The position numbers and the translations under genes are program-made. A model generated the notes under the pieces. The model was given only the letters and a program-made list of their open reading frames with translations. It was not told where the DNA came from and made no database searches. From Octopus bimaculoides (taxonomy: Eukaryota), in the NCBI RefSeq assembly GCF_001194135.2, contig NC_068981.1:188532687-188569857 (forward strand): a stretch of DNA of 37,171 nucleotides, given 5' to 3'. Below, piece after piece: positions 10,144 through 21,915 of the stretch (positions within the stretch are counted from its first letter, which is position 1; each line of letters begins with the position of its first letter).

Positions 10144-11979
10144 TATAAGATAGTATTGCTGATATGGAAGCTTGACCAAATATAACAGATTTGATTAACC
10201 TTAATTCTTACTAAATTATTGTTTTCAATTCTACTTCCCTTAATCTACTCTTTCATGGAATAATCTACACATAATTCATAGCTGTTCTTATTGTATTTTC
10301 ATCATCCACTTTTAATAAAGTATCGTATTTTATTTTCTTCTTTATAGAAAATAGCAAATTTTTGATTTCTGTAATTCTACATTGCCTTTTAATTTGGAAC
10401 TGAATATGAACTGAATTCCAAACTGAATGCTGTTAAATTTAATGTTACCATTATGTTCATCAAACACAATTCATACTTATAGTCTACTTCATCCTACATA
10501 TCTCTCGTCAACAGCATTATATTAGCACTACTACATCTCTTTAAACATAGAATCTTCGTCAACTGATCTAGAAAAATAAATACACATAAACATTACAGCA
10601 TTACTAGATCAAACCCACTTTCTAATAAATCAAAGCACCTATTGCTAATAAATCCCGACAAAATTGAAGACAATCAGTTTCATCTCTACTTTAGGTTCTC
10701 TTGATCATAAACGAATGTACAAAATTGTAGAACAGATACAAATATCACCTGCCAAACAGCATCTGAATGGCTAATCACTGCATACCAGTACCTGGAGTGT
10801 GTTTGCATATAAAATGAAAGCATAGCATATTCTAACTTCTGGATTTATTAGCGACTTTGAAGCCCTCAGTAAATTACCTTACTTCCATAGATCAGCTCCA
10901 GGTGAGATAACTAGGACAATGAGACTTTAAACTACTCTCACTACTTAGTTTAAAGCAATTCAAAATTTAAAAGAATAAGTCTTAGCTCTATACCCAGCCA
11001 TCCAATGCTGCATCAAAACACATCTATGCTTGGAATATATCAAGAAATAATGTACAAAGTAAAGAAACAGTAAAAAAAAAATGTGCAGTGGTAAGAGTTA
11101 CAGTAAATCAAATTGGTTATTCAAGAGTTCTGTGTAATACATGCAATATGCTCACTCTGCAAAGTGAAGAATCTATTGATTTGACTATTTATATCCAATG
11201 GCTACGTTTGCTTGTACCTACATACATACACACACACACCTGGGCAGGTTGACTAAGCAATAGCATTTCCCTTTCAGCCATAGTATATAAAGTGATCTGG
11301 ATGACATGGCCATAGGAATTTGGTATTAATACATTTGTATTTAGTACAATAAAAATATCGATTCTTTCAAATGCACAACACTAATTTTTGAAAGAGGGTT
11401 ACAGTAGGTGGTATGTTATTTAAGATCAAGTATAATTTTCCTATCTAGTGAAGATATGTGTATGAATTCTTTTAAAATAAGGAGATTACTGCTCAGGTTT
11501 ACAACATTCTTATCAGAAGTTTTTTTGCCAGTGGTCAGAAATCTTCAATGCTAATGCTCCACTAGCCATAGAAGGTAATGGATAGATGGACTACGATAGC
11601 TTCAATGGAAATTTACAGCATTACTGCAAGCTAAAGAGCACCTTGTCATTTAAAGTAGTTGGTATTATACTTAACAAGCCATTTTCTCCTTGTGTTTAAT
11701 TTTAGTTAGATATATTCCAACTGGCATATTTCGGAGTGTTCACCAAGAACAGTCTACAATGACAATGAGAAAATACAAACTCTTAACTGTTTGATATAAA
11801 AGCTGGCATTTACAATCTTAGCCATTATATTTCTTCCAGCTTACGGGTATTGGTTAACTGATTGCTATTGATTTTATTGAAAATGATGAAGGGCAGAGTT
11901 GAGATTTGAACAAAGAAAAATGGGATCACATACATAAGATATCTCAAAGCATCTTTTGTTATATTCCTGCTTTTATCTT

Positions 11980-12240
11980 CTTGCTTTCGCTTGTTTAAGT
12001 CATTAGAATGCGACCATGCTGGGGCAGTGCCTTAAAGAATCTTTAGTCAAATTTTGTGCTTTGAAGTTTACCCTACTTTTAATTAGCCCCAGTATTTATT
12101 TAATTCTTTAAGTGTAGTACTTATTCTGTTGGTCTCTTCCATTAAACTGCTAAGTCACAGGGATGTAAACACACCAATATTGGTTGTCAAGTGGTGGTGC
12201 GGCGGACAAACAAAGACACAAAGAAACAGATATATATGTA
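11980..12240 (-). mobile_element. SINE family A tail half with a 37-bp foreign insert
   Basis: Tail homology to 28172-28430 and 4770-4960, interrupted at 12050-12086. Confidence 0.75.
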
Positions 12241-12244
12241 GGTA

Positions 12245-12382
12245 CAGAAGAAGCTGTGTGATAAGAAGCTTGCTTCCCAAACACATGGTTCTGGGTTCAG
12301 TTCCACTGTGTGGTACCTTGGGCAAGTGCCTTCTATAGCCTCGGGCCAACCAAAGCCTTGTGAATAGATTTGGTAGACAGAA
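12245..12382 (+). mobile_element. SINE family A head, 3'-truncated by the adjacent element
   Basis: gctgtgtgataagaagcttgcttccc...ggttcagttccac...ccttgggcaagtg...gatttggtagacagaa, then homology stops. Confidence 0.8.
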
Positions 12383-12384
12383 GT

Positions 12385-12505
12385 TCATCTTGTTTGTTGT
12401 TAATACAACGTTTCGGCTGATACACCCTCCAGCCTTCATCAGGTGTCTTGGGGAAATTTTGAACCTGGGTTCTCATTCCTAAGATATTTTTCGATGTTGT
12501 TGTTG

Positions 12506-12547
<42 letters not shown>

Positions 12548-12613
12548 TCACTGCCTGGAATCGAACTTGGAATCTTGGGATTAGTAGCCCGCGCTCTTAA
12601 CCACTACGCCATG
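12385..12613 (-). mobile_element. tRNA-headed SINE-like element carrying a hammerhead ribozyme
   Basis: Minus strand: A-box-like TGGCGTAGTGG, B-box-like GTTCGATTCC, an (AAT)n/(AAC)n linker, then a hammerhead core near the 3' end. Confidence 0.75.
12402..12447 (-). ncRNA. Minimal type-I hammerhead ribozyme
   Basis: GACAC [CUGAUGA] A GGCUG-GAGGGUGUAU-CAGCC [GAAA] CGU U / GUAUU. The catalytic core is complete, stem II has 5 bp, stem I pairs at 4 of 5 positions (one C.A mismatch, one G.U), and AACGUU is self-complementary. Confidence 0.75.
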
Positions 12614-13187
12614 TTTTCTTAAATTAGACTTAAAAATTCAGTATTCTGAAAGAGGAGTAAAATGGGGGATTGTAATATTTGTGCATTTTTCAAGGGACAT
12701 TAGTGGTTAGTGAAGTATTTGTAACCAACAATCAAAGCCAAGCAACAAATACCTTCATTAAAAATTTTGCTCTGGTGCTAGAACCCAACATGATAATAGT
12801 AATTATGGTTCCTTTCCTTGGCACTGGGTAATTTGATAAAGAATGGCTATATAGTTGAGTGAACAAATTCTCTAACTATTTAGGATAATTTATTTTTAAC
12901 TTACAAAGATAAGATATAATGCAAACGCCATCCAGATCTGAAGCATATTTAGTCACTTTCAAACAGAAGACTGAGGAATGACTTTGCATAATCCTAAAAG
13001 TTCTTAAGAATATTAATGGAATGAATTAAGAAAATTGGTTTTAACTGGAAATAAATCAAAACCAGGTCACAGACCTTCTTCATTAAGATGTCAGTCTTAA
13101 TAATAAGAAGAATGAGAAAGAACTAGCACAACATATCACCTCATAACAATAATGCTGCAATTTTCTTACATTAAAATCTGCAATTTA

Positions 13188-13638
13188 GGCGTAGGAGTGG
13201 CTGTATGGTAAGTAGCTTGCTTACCAACCACATGGTTCTAAGTTCAGTCCCACTGTGTGGCACCTTGGGCAAGTGTCTTCTACTATAGCCTCGGGCCGAC
13301 CAAAGCCTTGTGAGTGGATTTGGTAGACGGAAACTGAAAGAAGCCCGTCGTATATATATACATATATATATATTTATAAACATAATTAAGGGATCAGCAA
13401 GCATTTGCTTCACCATATACCGAAGTTCAGAAATAGCAGCTAAAAAAGCTGAGACTCCAACAGATAGCATTACTTGTAACTCACAATTATGTTTATAAAT
13501 GTATGGGAACGTTTAAATATGTTCTCCACCAATAATGGTGCTCACATACCGAAGGGCTTGGTAAAAATTATTAATTGTTGATTTATTAATAAATTAATAA
13601 ATTGATAAATCTTTACCCTTTTAATTTGTAATAATTAC

Positions 13639-13670
<32 letters not shown>

Positions 13671-13880
13671 ATATGTTTGTGTGTCTGTGTTTGTCTCCCC
13701 AACATCGCTTGACAACCGATGCTGGTGTGTTTACGTCCCCGTAACTTAGCGGTGCGGCAAAGAGACTGATAAACTAAGTACTAGGTTTACGAAAAGAATA
13801 AGTCCTGGGGTCGATTTGCTCGACCAAAGGCGGTGCTCCAGCATGGCCACAGTCAAAGCACTGAAACAAGTAAAAGAGTA
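13188..13880 (+). mobile_element. SINE family A split by a ~265-bp insert in its (TA)n linker
   Basis: Head 13188-~13350 and (TA)n; non-SINE sequence ~13373-13638; then (TA)/(TG)n and a well-conserved tail ending gaaacaagtaaaagagta. Confidence 0.8.
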
Positions 13881-13899
13881 ATTTAAATTTAGTTCATCA

Positions 13900-14277
13900 G
13901 TCGGTGTAGCTGAGCGGTAAGAAATTTGCTTTCCATGGTCCAGGGTTCAGTCCCACTGCATGGCTCTTTGGGCAAGTGTCTTCTACTATAGCCTCAGGCC
14001 AACCAAAACTTTGTGAGTGGATTTGGTAGATGGAAACTGAAAGAAACCGTTTGGGTATATATAAGTGTGTGTGGGAGTGGGGGTCCTTGTCCCCCACCAC
14101 TGCTTGGCAACCAGTGTTGGTTTGTTTACATCCCTGTAACTTAGCAGTTCAGCAAAAGAGAAATAGAATAAGGACTAGGCTTAAAAGTAAGTCCTGGGTT
14201 AATTCACTTATCTAAAATTCTTCAGGGTGGTGCCCCAGAACGGTGGCAATCTAATAAGTGAAACAAATAAAAGAAAA
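13900..14277 (+). mobile_element. SINE family A, older full-length copy
   Basis: Head, short linker and tail homologous to the other family A copies; lies head-to-tail behind the previous copy. Confidence 0.75.
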
Positions 14278-15569
14278 AAAAAACATAAACCAGACATTTT
14301 TAAAAGGATTAAAACTTACCCATTTTCCTATTTTGCCTTAGCACAATTCATCATCATCATTTAACATCCATCTTCCATGCTGACATGGGTTGGATGGTTT
14401 GACAGCAGCTGGTTTGATATGATAGGATGGTTTAACAGATTCACTTTCCTTCAATTTGAAGATTTGAAATTCAATAAGAGCAGAAATTTATAAAATGATT
14501 TATTTTCTTTACTTCTACTTGCTTAGGTAAAATTAAATTTTGTGACAGTTTCTTCAGGTTAAGAAATTAATATTCATTTTCCTTCAACAGATTACTCAGT
14601 TAATTTAATAAACAAGTAGTTGCTAGGTGTAAACAAAAATCAGTTCTAAAAATAATATTCAGACTAAGTTTTCTTTTATTGGCTGCTATTTCAAATAACA
14701 ATGGCAAAAATAATATATATTATATGAGAGCAAAATTCAATTTTGAATGTTAGGCTTAATATCCTCTCTGCCCTTTGGTAATAATTTTGTGCTTTGAAGT
14801 TTACCCTACTTTTAATTAGTCTGAAACTGTTTTGTGATGTTACGTCAGCTGATTCAGACATTTCAACTGAGATTTTGTTAGCTTAAACAACCTGCAGCCT
14901 TTGTGTGGTTTCATCGACCTGCAAGAAACAGTAACTGAATTTCACTCAAATTACACTCTACAACAGAGGTTCTCAATGTGAATAGTACTGCTACCAAGGA
15001 GACACTCACTGAGCATGTCAAATGGAGTGTTAGGCTTTAGTGGGCAGTGAGGTAACATAATTAATATACTAAATTTTACTTATAGTAGTAATTATATTCT
15101 ACATGATAAAAATAGTAATGGTCATTAAAATAAAATAAGATTTTATCAGAAACGGGGAAGACACAAAGAAGACCCATCAAACCAGGTGAAATTGTAGTCA
15201 TGGCTGGTACAAAAAGATGGGTAGCAGATATCACTTGTTGCATCCCCAGCTTCAAACAGTGATGTCACCACTTGTAGCTGAGATACAAACAGGGATATTA
15301 TCATTTGTCACCAAAGTTCAATGGCGACTATAAACATTCACACAGACAGATATATGTGCACCTCCCCCATGTGTAAGTGTGTAAGATGGGATTACTTCAG
15401 ATTTCATCTCTTGAATTCCCTCACAAGTTATTGGCCAACCGGGAAGTATAGTAGATGACCCTTTCAAACAATGTCAAGAAGTGAAATTGAACCTGAAGTT
15501 ACATGGTTGAGAAGCAAACTTTTATTTTCTAAATGCGTAAATATTTCTTTAACCCAATTATCTGGAAAA

Positions 15570-16120
15570 TATCATCATCATCCTTTAGTAACCATTTTCC
15601 ATGCTGGCATGGGTTAGACAGTTTGACTGGAACTGGTAAGCTGGAGAGCTGTACCAGGCTCCAGTCTAAATTTTGGTTTGGTTTCTACAGCTGGATGTCC
15701 TTCCAAATGCCAACCACTCCAAGAGTGTAGTGCCTTTTAAATGTCATCATCACTGATGTCTCTTATGTGTCACCATCATTGGTGTCTTTTACGTGTCACT
15801 GGCTCTATCCACAACTACGAATTCACTTGGTCTGACAAGTCGCCTCAAGCACAGCAAACCGCCAAAGGTCTCAAATATTTTTGCCATCATCTCCTTGTCA
15901 CCCAAATCCAAAGATCATACTTCACTACCTCGTCCCATGTCTCTCTGGGTCTACCTCCACAGTCAGGGATTGGCACTTCTTTACACAGCTGCCCTCACCC
16001 AAAATATGTGAATGACTATTCTTCTAGAAAGGTCTAATAAGATTGGAATATGTCTGGAGTTGTCACCATGTCTGCTTAAGATTAGATTATCCTCCCTCCT
16101 CTCATCACATTTAATATATA
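15570..16120 (-). mobile_element. RTE-clade LINE 3' fragment (ORF C-terminus relic, 3'UTR, (GAT)n tail)
   Basis: Frameshifted minus-strand translation GEGSCVKKCQSLTVE / GRPRETWDEVVKYDL ... DLWRFAVLEATCQTK*. GRPRxTW is the typical C-terminal motif of RTE ORFs; the shared tail and (CAT)n follow on the plus strand. Confidence 0.8.
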
Positions 16121-17014
16121 CAAGCTTTAATTAACTGGAACTCTGGTACATAATTTCAATTTTTTTCATTTTAAATTGACAATATTTCACTCTCCTTAAT
16201 ACAGATAAAGTCGTGACTAATTTAAGTTATCATGGTCTATTAATTAAAGTTATTATGTCAGCACTTACTCACCATTAACTGTCTTTTTAGAACATTATGT
16301 AAATTAATTTAGACCCTTTCATTTATAATCCTATAATACTAACGATCAAACAATGCTAGATGATGCTTAAATCATATTTGCAAAAATAATTGATTATAAT
16401 ATAAAGTCACTCTAAGTATTATAAACATTGTGATCATCACATTTTCAATACTTTTATCTACTTATAACATATTCTGGTCAGCTCACAGTATGAACAAATG
16501 CTGGCATTTACTCAAAGCATTCAGTAAGTTAATGCAGTCCTCACAATATCAAACATATTGTGAAGCTAATCTAAATGAGTTTTTTTTTTTTTTTCATAGA
16601 CGAATCATTCTGATATATTTGTTTGTTTTTTTTTTGTTTTTTTTTCTGCTATATTATCAACTAAAACCTCAGATATTGATTTTATTAAAATATCAATGGA
16701 TATAAATCTTTTTATTCTGGTTCATTCAAAGGTTGAATAGATTAAATAAAAGTATTAAGAGGAGTAATATACTGCAATATTTCTAAACTAAATACTTCCT
16801 GGTCTATAATTATCAGTGACATGGTAAAGCAAAATATCATCAGCTGAACATCAAGATTTAAAATTTTAGAACAAAAAGTGACAGTTTATAGATGCAAAGA
16901 GAGATAAAGCAATGAACTGTTATTATAGAATCAAGTATATGGTGTTGCATTCCAAATATGATTTATTTCTACCACATGTATCATTGAGCTATATATCAAA
17001 ATACTATTACTACT

Positions 17015-17465
17015 AGGTGGTGGTGAGCTGGCAGAAATGTTAGCACGCGGGGCGAAATGCTTAATGGTATTTTGTCTGCCGTTACGTTCTGGGTTCAAAT
17101 TCTGCCGAGGTCGACTTTGCCTTTCATCCTTTCGGGATTGATAAATTAAGTACCAGTTACATACTGGGGTCGATGTAATTGACTGAATCCCTTTGTCTGT
17201 CCTTGTTTCTCCCCTCTATGTTTAGCCCCTTGTGGGCAATAAAGAAATAAGAAACGTTAGCATGCTGGGCAAAATGCTTAGCGGTATTTCATCTTTCTTT
17301 ATGCTCTGAGTTCAAATTCCCTTGAGGTCGACTTTGCCTTTCATCCTTTCAGGGTCGATAAATGAAGTACCAGTTGCATCCTGCGGTCAATCTAATCAAC
17401 TGCCCCCCCACCCACCAATCACCACCACCAAAATTTCAGGCCTTGTGCCTAGAGTAGAAAAGGAT
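17015..17465 (+). mobile_element. SINE family B dimer
   Basis: Monomer 1 (17015-~17251) and monomer 2 (~17252-17465, lacking the first ~17 nt); both contain gagttcaaatt/gggttcaaatt and gaggtcgactttgcctttcatcctttc.gg.tcgataaat. Confidence 0.85.
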
Positions 17466-20369
17466 ATACTGCTACTAGAGTGTTTGTGAAGGGGGGATAG
17501 TCAAGACAAGCATGGAATAATTATGACTTAACTTTTAACTTTCTTGGAGCGTATATAAAATAATGGAATGAATATTCATTTTTCAAAAGAAAAATATTTA
17601 TTACTTAGTCCTCTTTCTCCTCTTCTTCTACAATTCTTTCTCTTTTACCATATATGTGTGTGTCTGTGTGTGGTTCTTTGTTCATTACCTGTCACCAAAA
17701 CAAATATGTACACTCATTCTGCATCTCTTATCTCCCTATATTTCTCTTTTTGTCTCTCTCATCTTCTATCTCTCTATCAACCAACCAACATTTACATCAG
17801 CTACTATTAAGTACAGATACTTCCATTATACTGATATAAGTAATATAATATTTAACCCCTTTTGTGGTCATTTTTCTAATGAAATACACCATCTTCGGAT
17901 TCTAATTAATATTGAAAATAGTCAAGAAGTTAAGGAGATTTAGTAAAATAACTTATAGCCTTATTTTCCTCAGGTATCTAGAACATAACAGAAGACTCTC
18001 AGATACAACCATGATGGGAGAATTTAATATAAATATAAACACTTTAAAATGAGATGTTTTGTTTTGTAGAACCAGATGTAGTTTTGAATGGATTGATAAA
18101 AATAGGGTTTGCATGTCATAAAAAAGGTCTATATTTTCAAAACTTTCTGAATTTCTGTTGGCTCTAAATTTCCATGCTGTTAACCCCGATTTCCACAAAA
18201 GCACTTCAGCTATCATTTAAAATAAAGCCATTTTTTCATTTAGCCACGTTTCTTGGCATATGATTTATGAAAGCTCATGAATGTAATAGAAGGATTATTT
18301 CATATCTATATATCAGTTCTTCTGTTTCCCTTACCAGTGAAATGTTCACTACATCTGTAGTTTTGACAGATAAGAAGAACTGTAAAACAAAAGGTAAGCC
18401 ATCAGAAAGCTGAAGTTGTGACATGTATTTAATGCTTAGTTGATTTTTAATGTTTTTGAGAAAGAAATGAGCACCAAAGACTTACTCAGAAAAGAACTTT
18501 CTACCTTATCAAAAGAAACCAATATATCATTTACCATGTTGTTCTCAGTTGCTGATAAATTTACATTTATTTTTCCGACTAATCTTTTTATTTTTTTCAA
18601 GTTTGCATCCCACAACCAATGAGATATTGAATTCTTCAGCTTTGAAGTTTCTGTTTGTAGCCAGAGAATCTTTAAATAGATAGTTTGTTGTGTTAATGGA
18701 TAACCAGAAATATAATTATAATGTCAACCACATTTCCTGAAACCTGCATGGAGTTTTCTGTGTATGATAGTCTCTCCTATCAACACTGGTTATTCATTTT
18801 ACCTCAAGGTACAAGAGAAATTGGCATTTAATGCTATTTTCAATTAGACTCTATCCATTCAGTAATAGGACAAATTTCAGAGATATGCATTCCTTTCTCA
18901 ATAATTCTTCATTCCTCTACAGGTTTTGACACACTGAGAAATTAGATTTTCTTTGAATAGTCCTTCGTGGATTCCACACGTTGCTCTCTCAGAAATTTGT
19001 TTATCTTTATACTGACAAAAGTTAGGATTAAAGTAACCACTCAAATTATTTTCAAATTGGACCCTGAAACCAGTACATCTTTGTAATGTCAACTGTAGAT
19101 TCCTAAAATTGTGTAGGCTTGAAATTTTGAATTTCAGTATTGTTTATAGGCTTAGGATTGGTGTTGAGCCGACAAACAAATATTATCTGGTATCATTTCT
19201 TTCCTGTTGACACTCAGAAAAGCACTAATTCTTTGTTTTTAAAATCTTATGAGGCATTCCTTTTTCAAAAGGTTCATTTGAAGCTTCACGCTGGTAAGCA
19301 GCATTAAAACTTGAACCAACAAACTTAAGTAATGAAAATAAACTCTGTTACAGTTGTTTTCTTTATAAAAAGAAAGAAAACCTTGGAACTTGATTGTATA
19401 CTCTAGTGAACCTAAAAGGAGGAATCAGTGTCTTGGTAACTTGGTTGACGAGCAATTGCACAGTATTGGCAATAAGAATATTTAAACTGATTACAATGCT
19501 TGTTAGTTACCTGAATTCTTTTTACATAATATTGATGAAAATAAAGACAATAAGAATGGTATTAGTGATATTTGGTAGAAACGTGTTTGAAATAAAGTTT
19601 ATCTTTCATTATGAAGTTCGTTTTCTTTTTAATGACAATGATAAATTACAACTTTGACTTTTACCCTGATGAGAAGATTCTGCTAGTTTCTGAGCAACTC
19701 TGGCCAAGTTCCAGCTTTTACTCTTGCTAAATATTTAGTTTCATCTCTTATGCATCTGATATTATTCTGTCTGACATTATTACTGCCTGAATATGCTGTT
19801 GGTATCAAATTGGCTATGGTGCTACCACTTTTCAAATGAAAAAGAAAAAAAAGAAAGAAAGAATAAAAGAAAAGAAAACAGGTCTTGCTGGTATCATTTT
19901 TAACTATACACTTATTTATACACTCTATCTTTAAGAAATAAATGACTCTTTCAGCAGTATTAACTCAGTTAAATAGATTGTTAATTAGCTGCTAGGTGAT
20001 GAGCCGTTAATTTGTAAGATATATCACAGTACTTGAATTGAGAAATAATGTTGCTGTTATAACTAGAAATACATCAAAGAAAGATGTCATCATTTAACAT
20101 CTGTATTCCATGCTGGTATGGGTTGATGGGTAGGTTTGTGAGAGCGTGAAAGGAGAGCGGAAATGGTTAGAGAGAGGGATAGAGGTGAATGCAGTGAATG
20201 GTAAATGCAGGTGGAACTGTGATGAATGATGAAGCTCAGTTTGGGTGAGGATGTAAAGGAAAATAATTGTGTAACAAGGAGGAAGAGGTGATATGTGGTA
20301 TTTCACAAAGGGCAGTGGCGGAGAGCAACGGTATAATAAAAGAGTAGAATGATAAGAAATAACTGGCAG

Positions 20370-20690
20370 ACCACCAATTACAATAACAAGGGTCCCATTT
20401 GATTCAATCAACAGAACAGCTAACTCATGAACTTAACATGCAAGTGGCTGAGCACTCCACAGATACATGTACCCTTAGCATAGTTCTCAGGAAGATTCAG
20501 CATGACACAGAGTGTGACAAGGCTGGCCCTTTCAAATACTGGTGCTAATCCTTTTTGCAGGCTGAGTAGACTGGAGCAATGTGAAATAAAGCGCTTTGCT
20601 CAAGGGCACAATGTACTACTGAGAATTGAACTCACAACCCTTACAATTGTAAGTCGAGTACCCTAACCATTAAACCACGTGCCTTCTCAA
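20370..20690 (-). mobile_element. tRNA-headed SINE family C
   Basis: Collinear with 21560-21915 and 32895-33225 (gtgcaagtggctgagcactccacag...gactggagcaatgtgaaataaag...gaattgaactcac...ccctaaccat); tRNA-like head at the right end on the minus strand. Confidence 0.85.
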
Positions 20691-21103
20691 ATAAGAAATA
20701 AAGAGACAATGTGGTGGGACTGTGAGTGAGAAATGACAAGTGATTGAGATAGAGTTCAGAGGTATGCAGGGGGTGGCTATAGTGACAAACAAAGGTGGCA
20801 GGAGGGTGGCATTGATGGTAGATAATGAAGGTTATTCAGGATAAAGGGGTGTTAAGGGGAAAATAAAGTGGTAAAGGATGATATTGAAAATGCACGATAG
20901 ATAACAAGCAAAGGGCTTCCAAGGAGGGGAAAAACTATTAGCACAAAACGAGAATGAAATATGCACAGTTCTGCTCTTATCAGACATAACAGGATAAAAG
21001 TAATCATCTGCACCAATTTTATTTGACAGAAATACCACTTTTTAAGGTGTTTTTGATCATTTTTATCAACTTCCCTAATTTGTGTGGAAACTTCATACAT
21101 ATA

Positions 21104-21258
21104 CACAGGAGTGGTTGTGTGGTAAGTAGCTTGCTTACCAACCACATGGTTCCAGGTTCAGTCCCACTGCATGGCACCTTAGGCAAGTATCATCAACTAT
21201 AGCCTCAGGCCAACCAAAGCCTTGCGAGTAGATTTGATAGATGGAAACTGAAAGAAGC

Positions 21259-21326
<68 letters not shown>

Positions 21327-21535
21327 CATATATGTTTGTGCCTGTGTTTGTCCCCCCCCCCATCGCTTGACAATCGATGTTGGCATGTTTATGTCCCCAT
21401 AACTTAGTGTCTCAGCAAAAGAGACCGATAGAATAAGTACTAGGCTTACAAAGAATAAGTCCTGGGGTCAACTTGTTCGACTAACGACGGTGCTCCAGCA
21501 TGGCCACAGTCTAATGACTGAAACAAGTGAAAAAA
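21104..21535 (+). mobile_element. SINE family A, full-length
   Basis: Head, (TA)/(CA)/(TA) linker and tail ending gactgaaacaagtgaaa. Confidence 0.9.
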
Positions 21536-21559
21536 AGTCAATGAAGAGACACCCTGATC

Positions 21560-21915
21560 CTGTGGAGTTCTCTTAACTCTACTCAGTTGCTCGAGCTGCT
21601 AAATTGGTGCTCCAACAAGAGTTCCAGTTGATTTGATCAACGGAGCAGGCTACTTGTGAAATTAATGTGCAAGTGACTGAGCCTTCCACAGACATGAATA
21701 CCTTTAACATAGTTCTCAGGGAGATTCAGCATGACACAGACTGCAATAAAGGTGGCCTTTTGAAATAGAGGGACTACTTAGTTTTGCCAGCTGAGTGGAC
21801 TGGAGCAGTGGGAAATGAAGTATGTTGCTCAAGAACACAATGCACGATCAGGAATTGAACTCTGACCTTATGATTGTGAGCTGAATAACCAATTACCATG
21901 CCACATGCCTTCACA
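21560..21915 (-). mobile_element. SINE family C
   Basis: Homologous to 20370-20690 and 32895-33225. Confidence 0.8.

Noticed and set aside
10901-10911. 11-nt microexon candidate (ccttacttccatag|ATCAGCTCCAG|gtgaga)
   Set aside because: It is not frame-preserving and there is no independent evidence of a host gene.
12550-12613. Possible tRNA-Ser gene (anticodon-like ACT, A and B boxes)
   Set aside because: The anticodon and T stems contain mismatches, there is no acceptor stem, and it is joined to an (AAT)n linker and ribozyme tail. It is treated as a SINE head.
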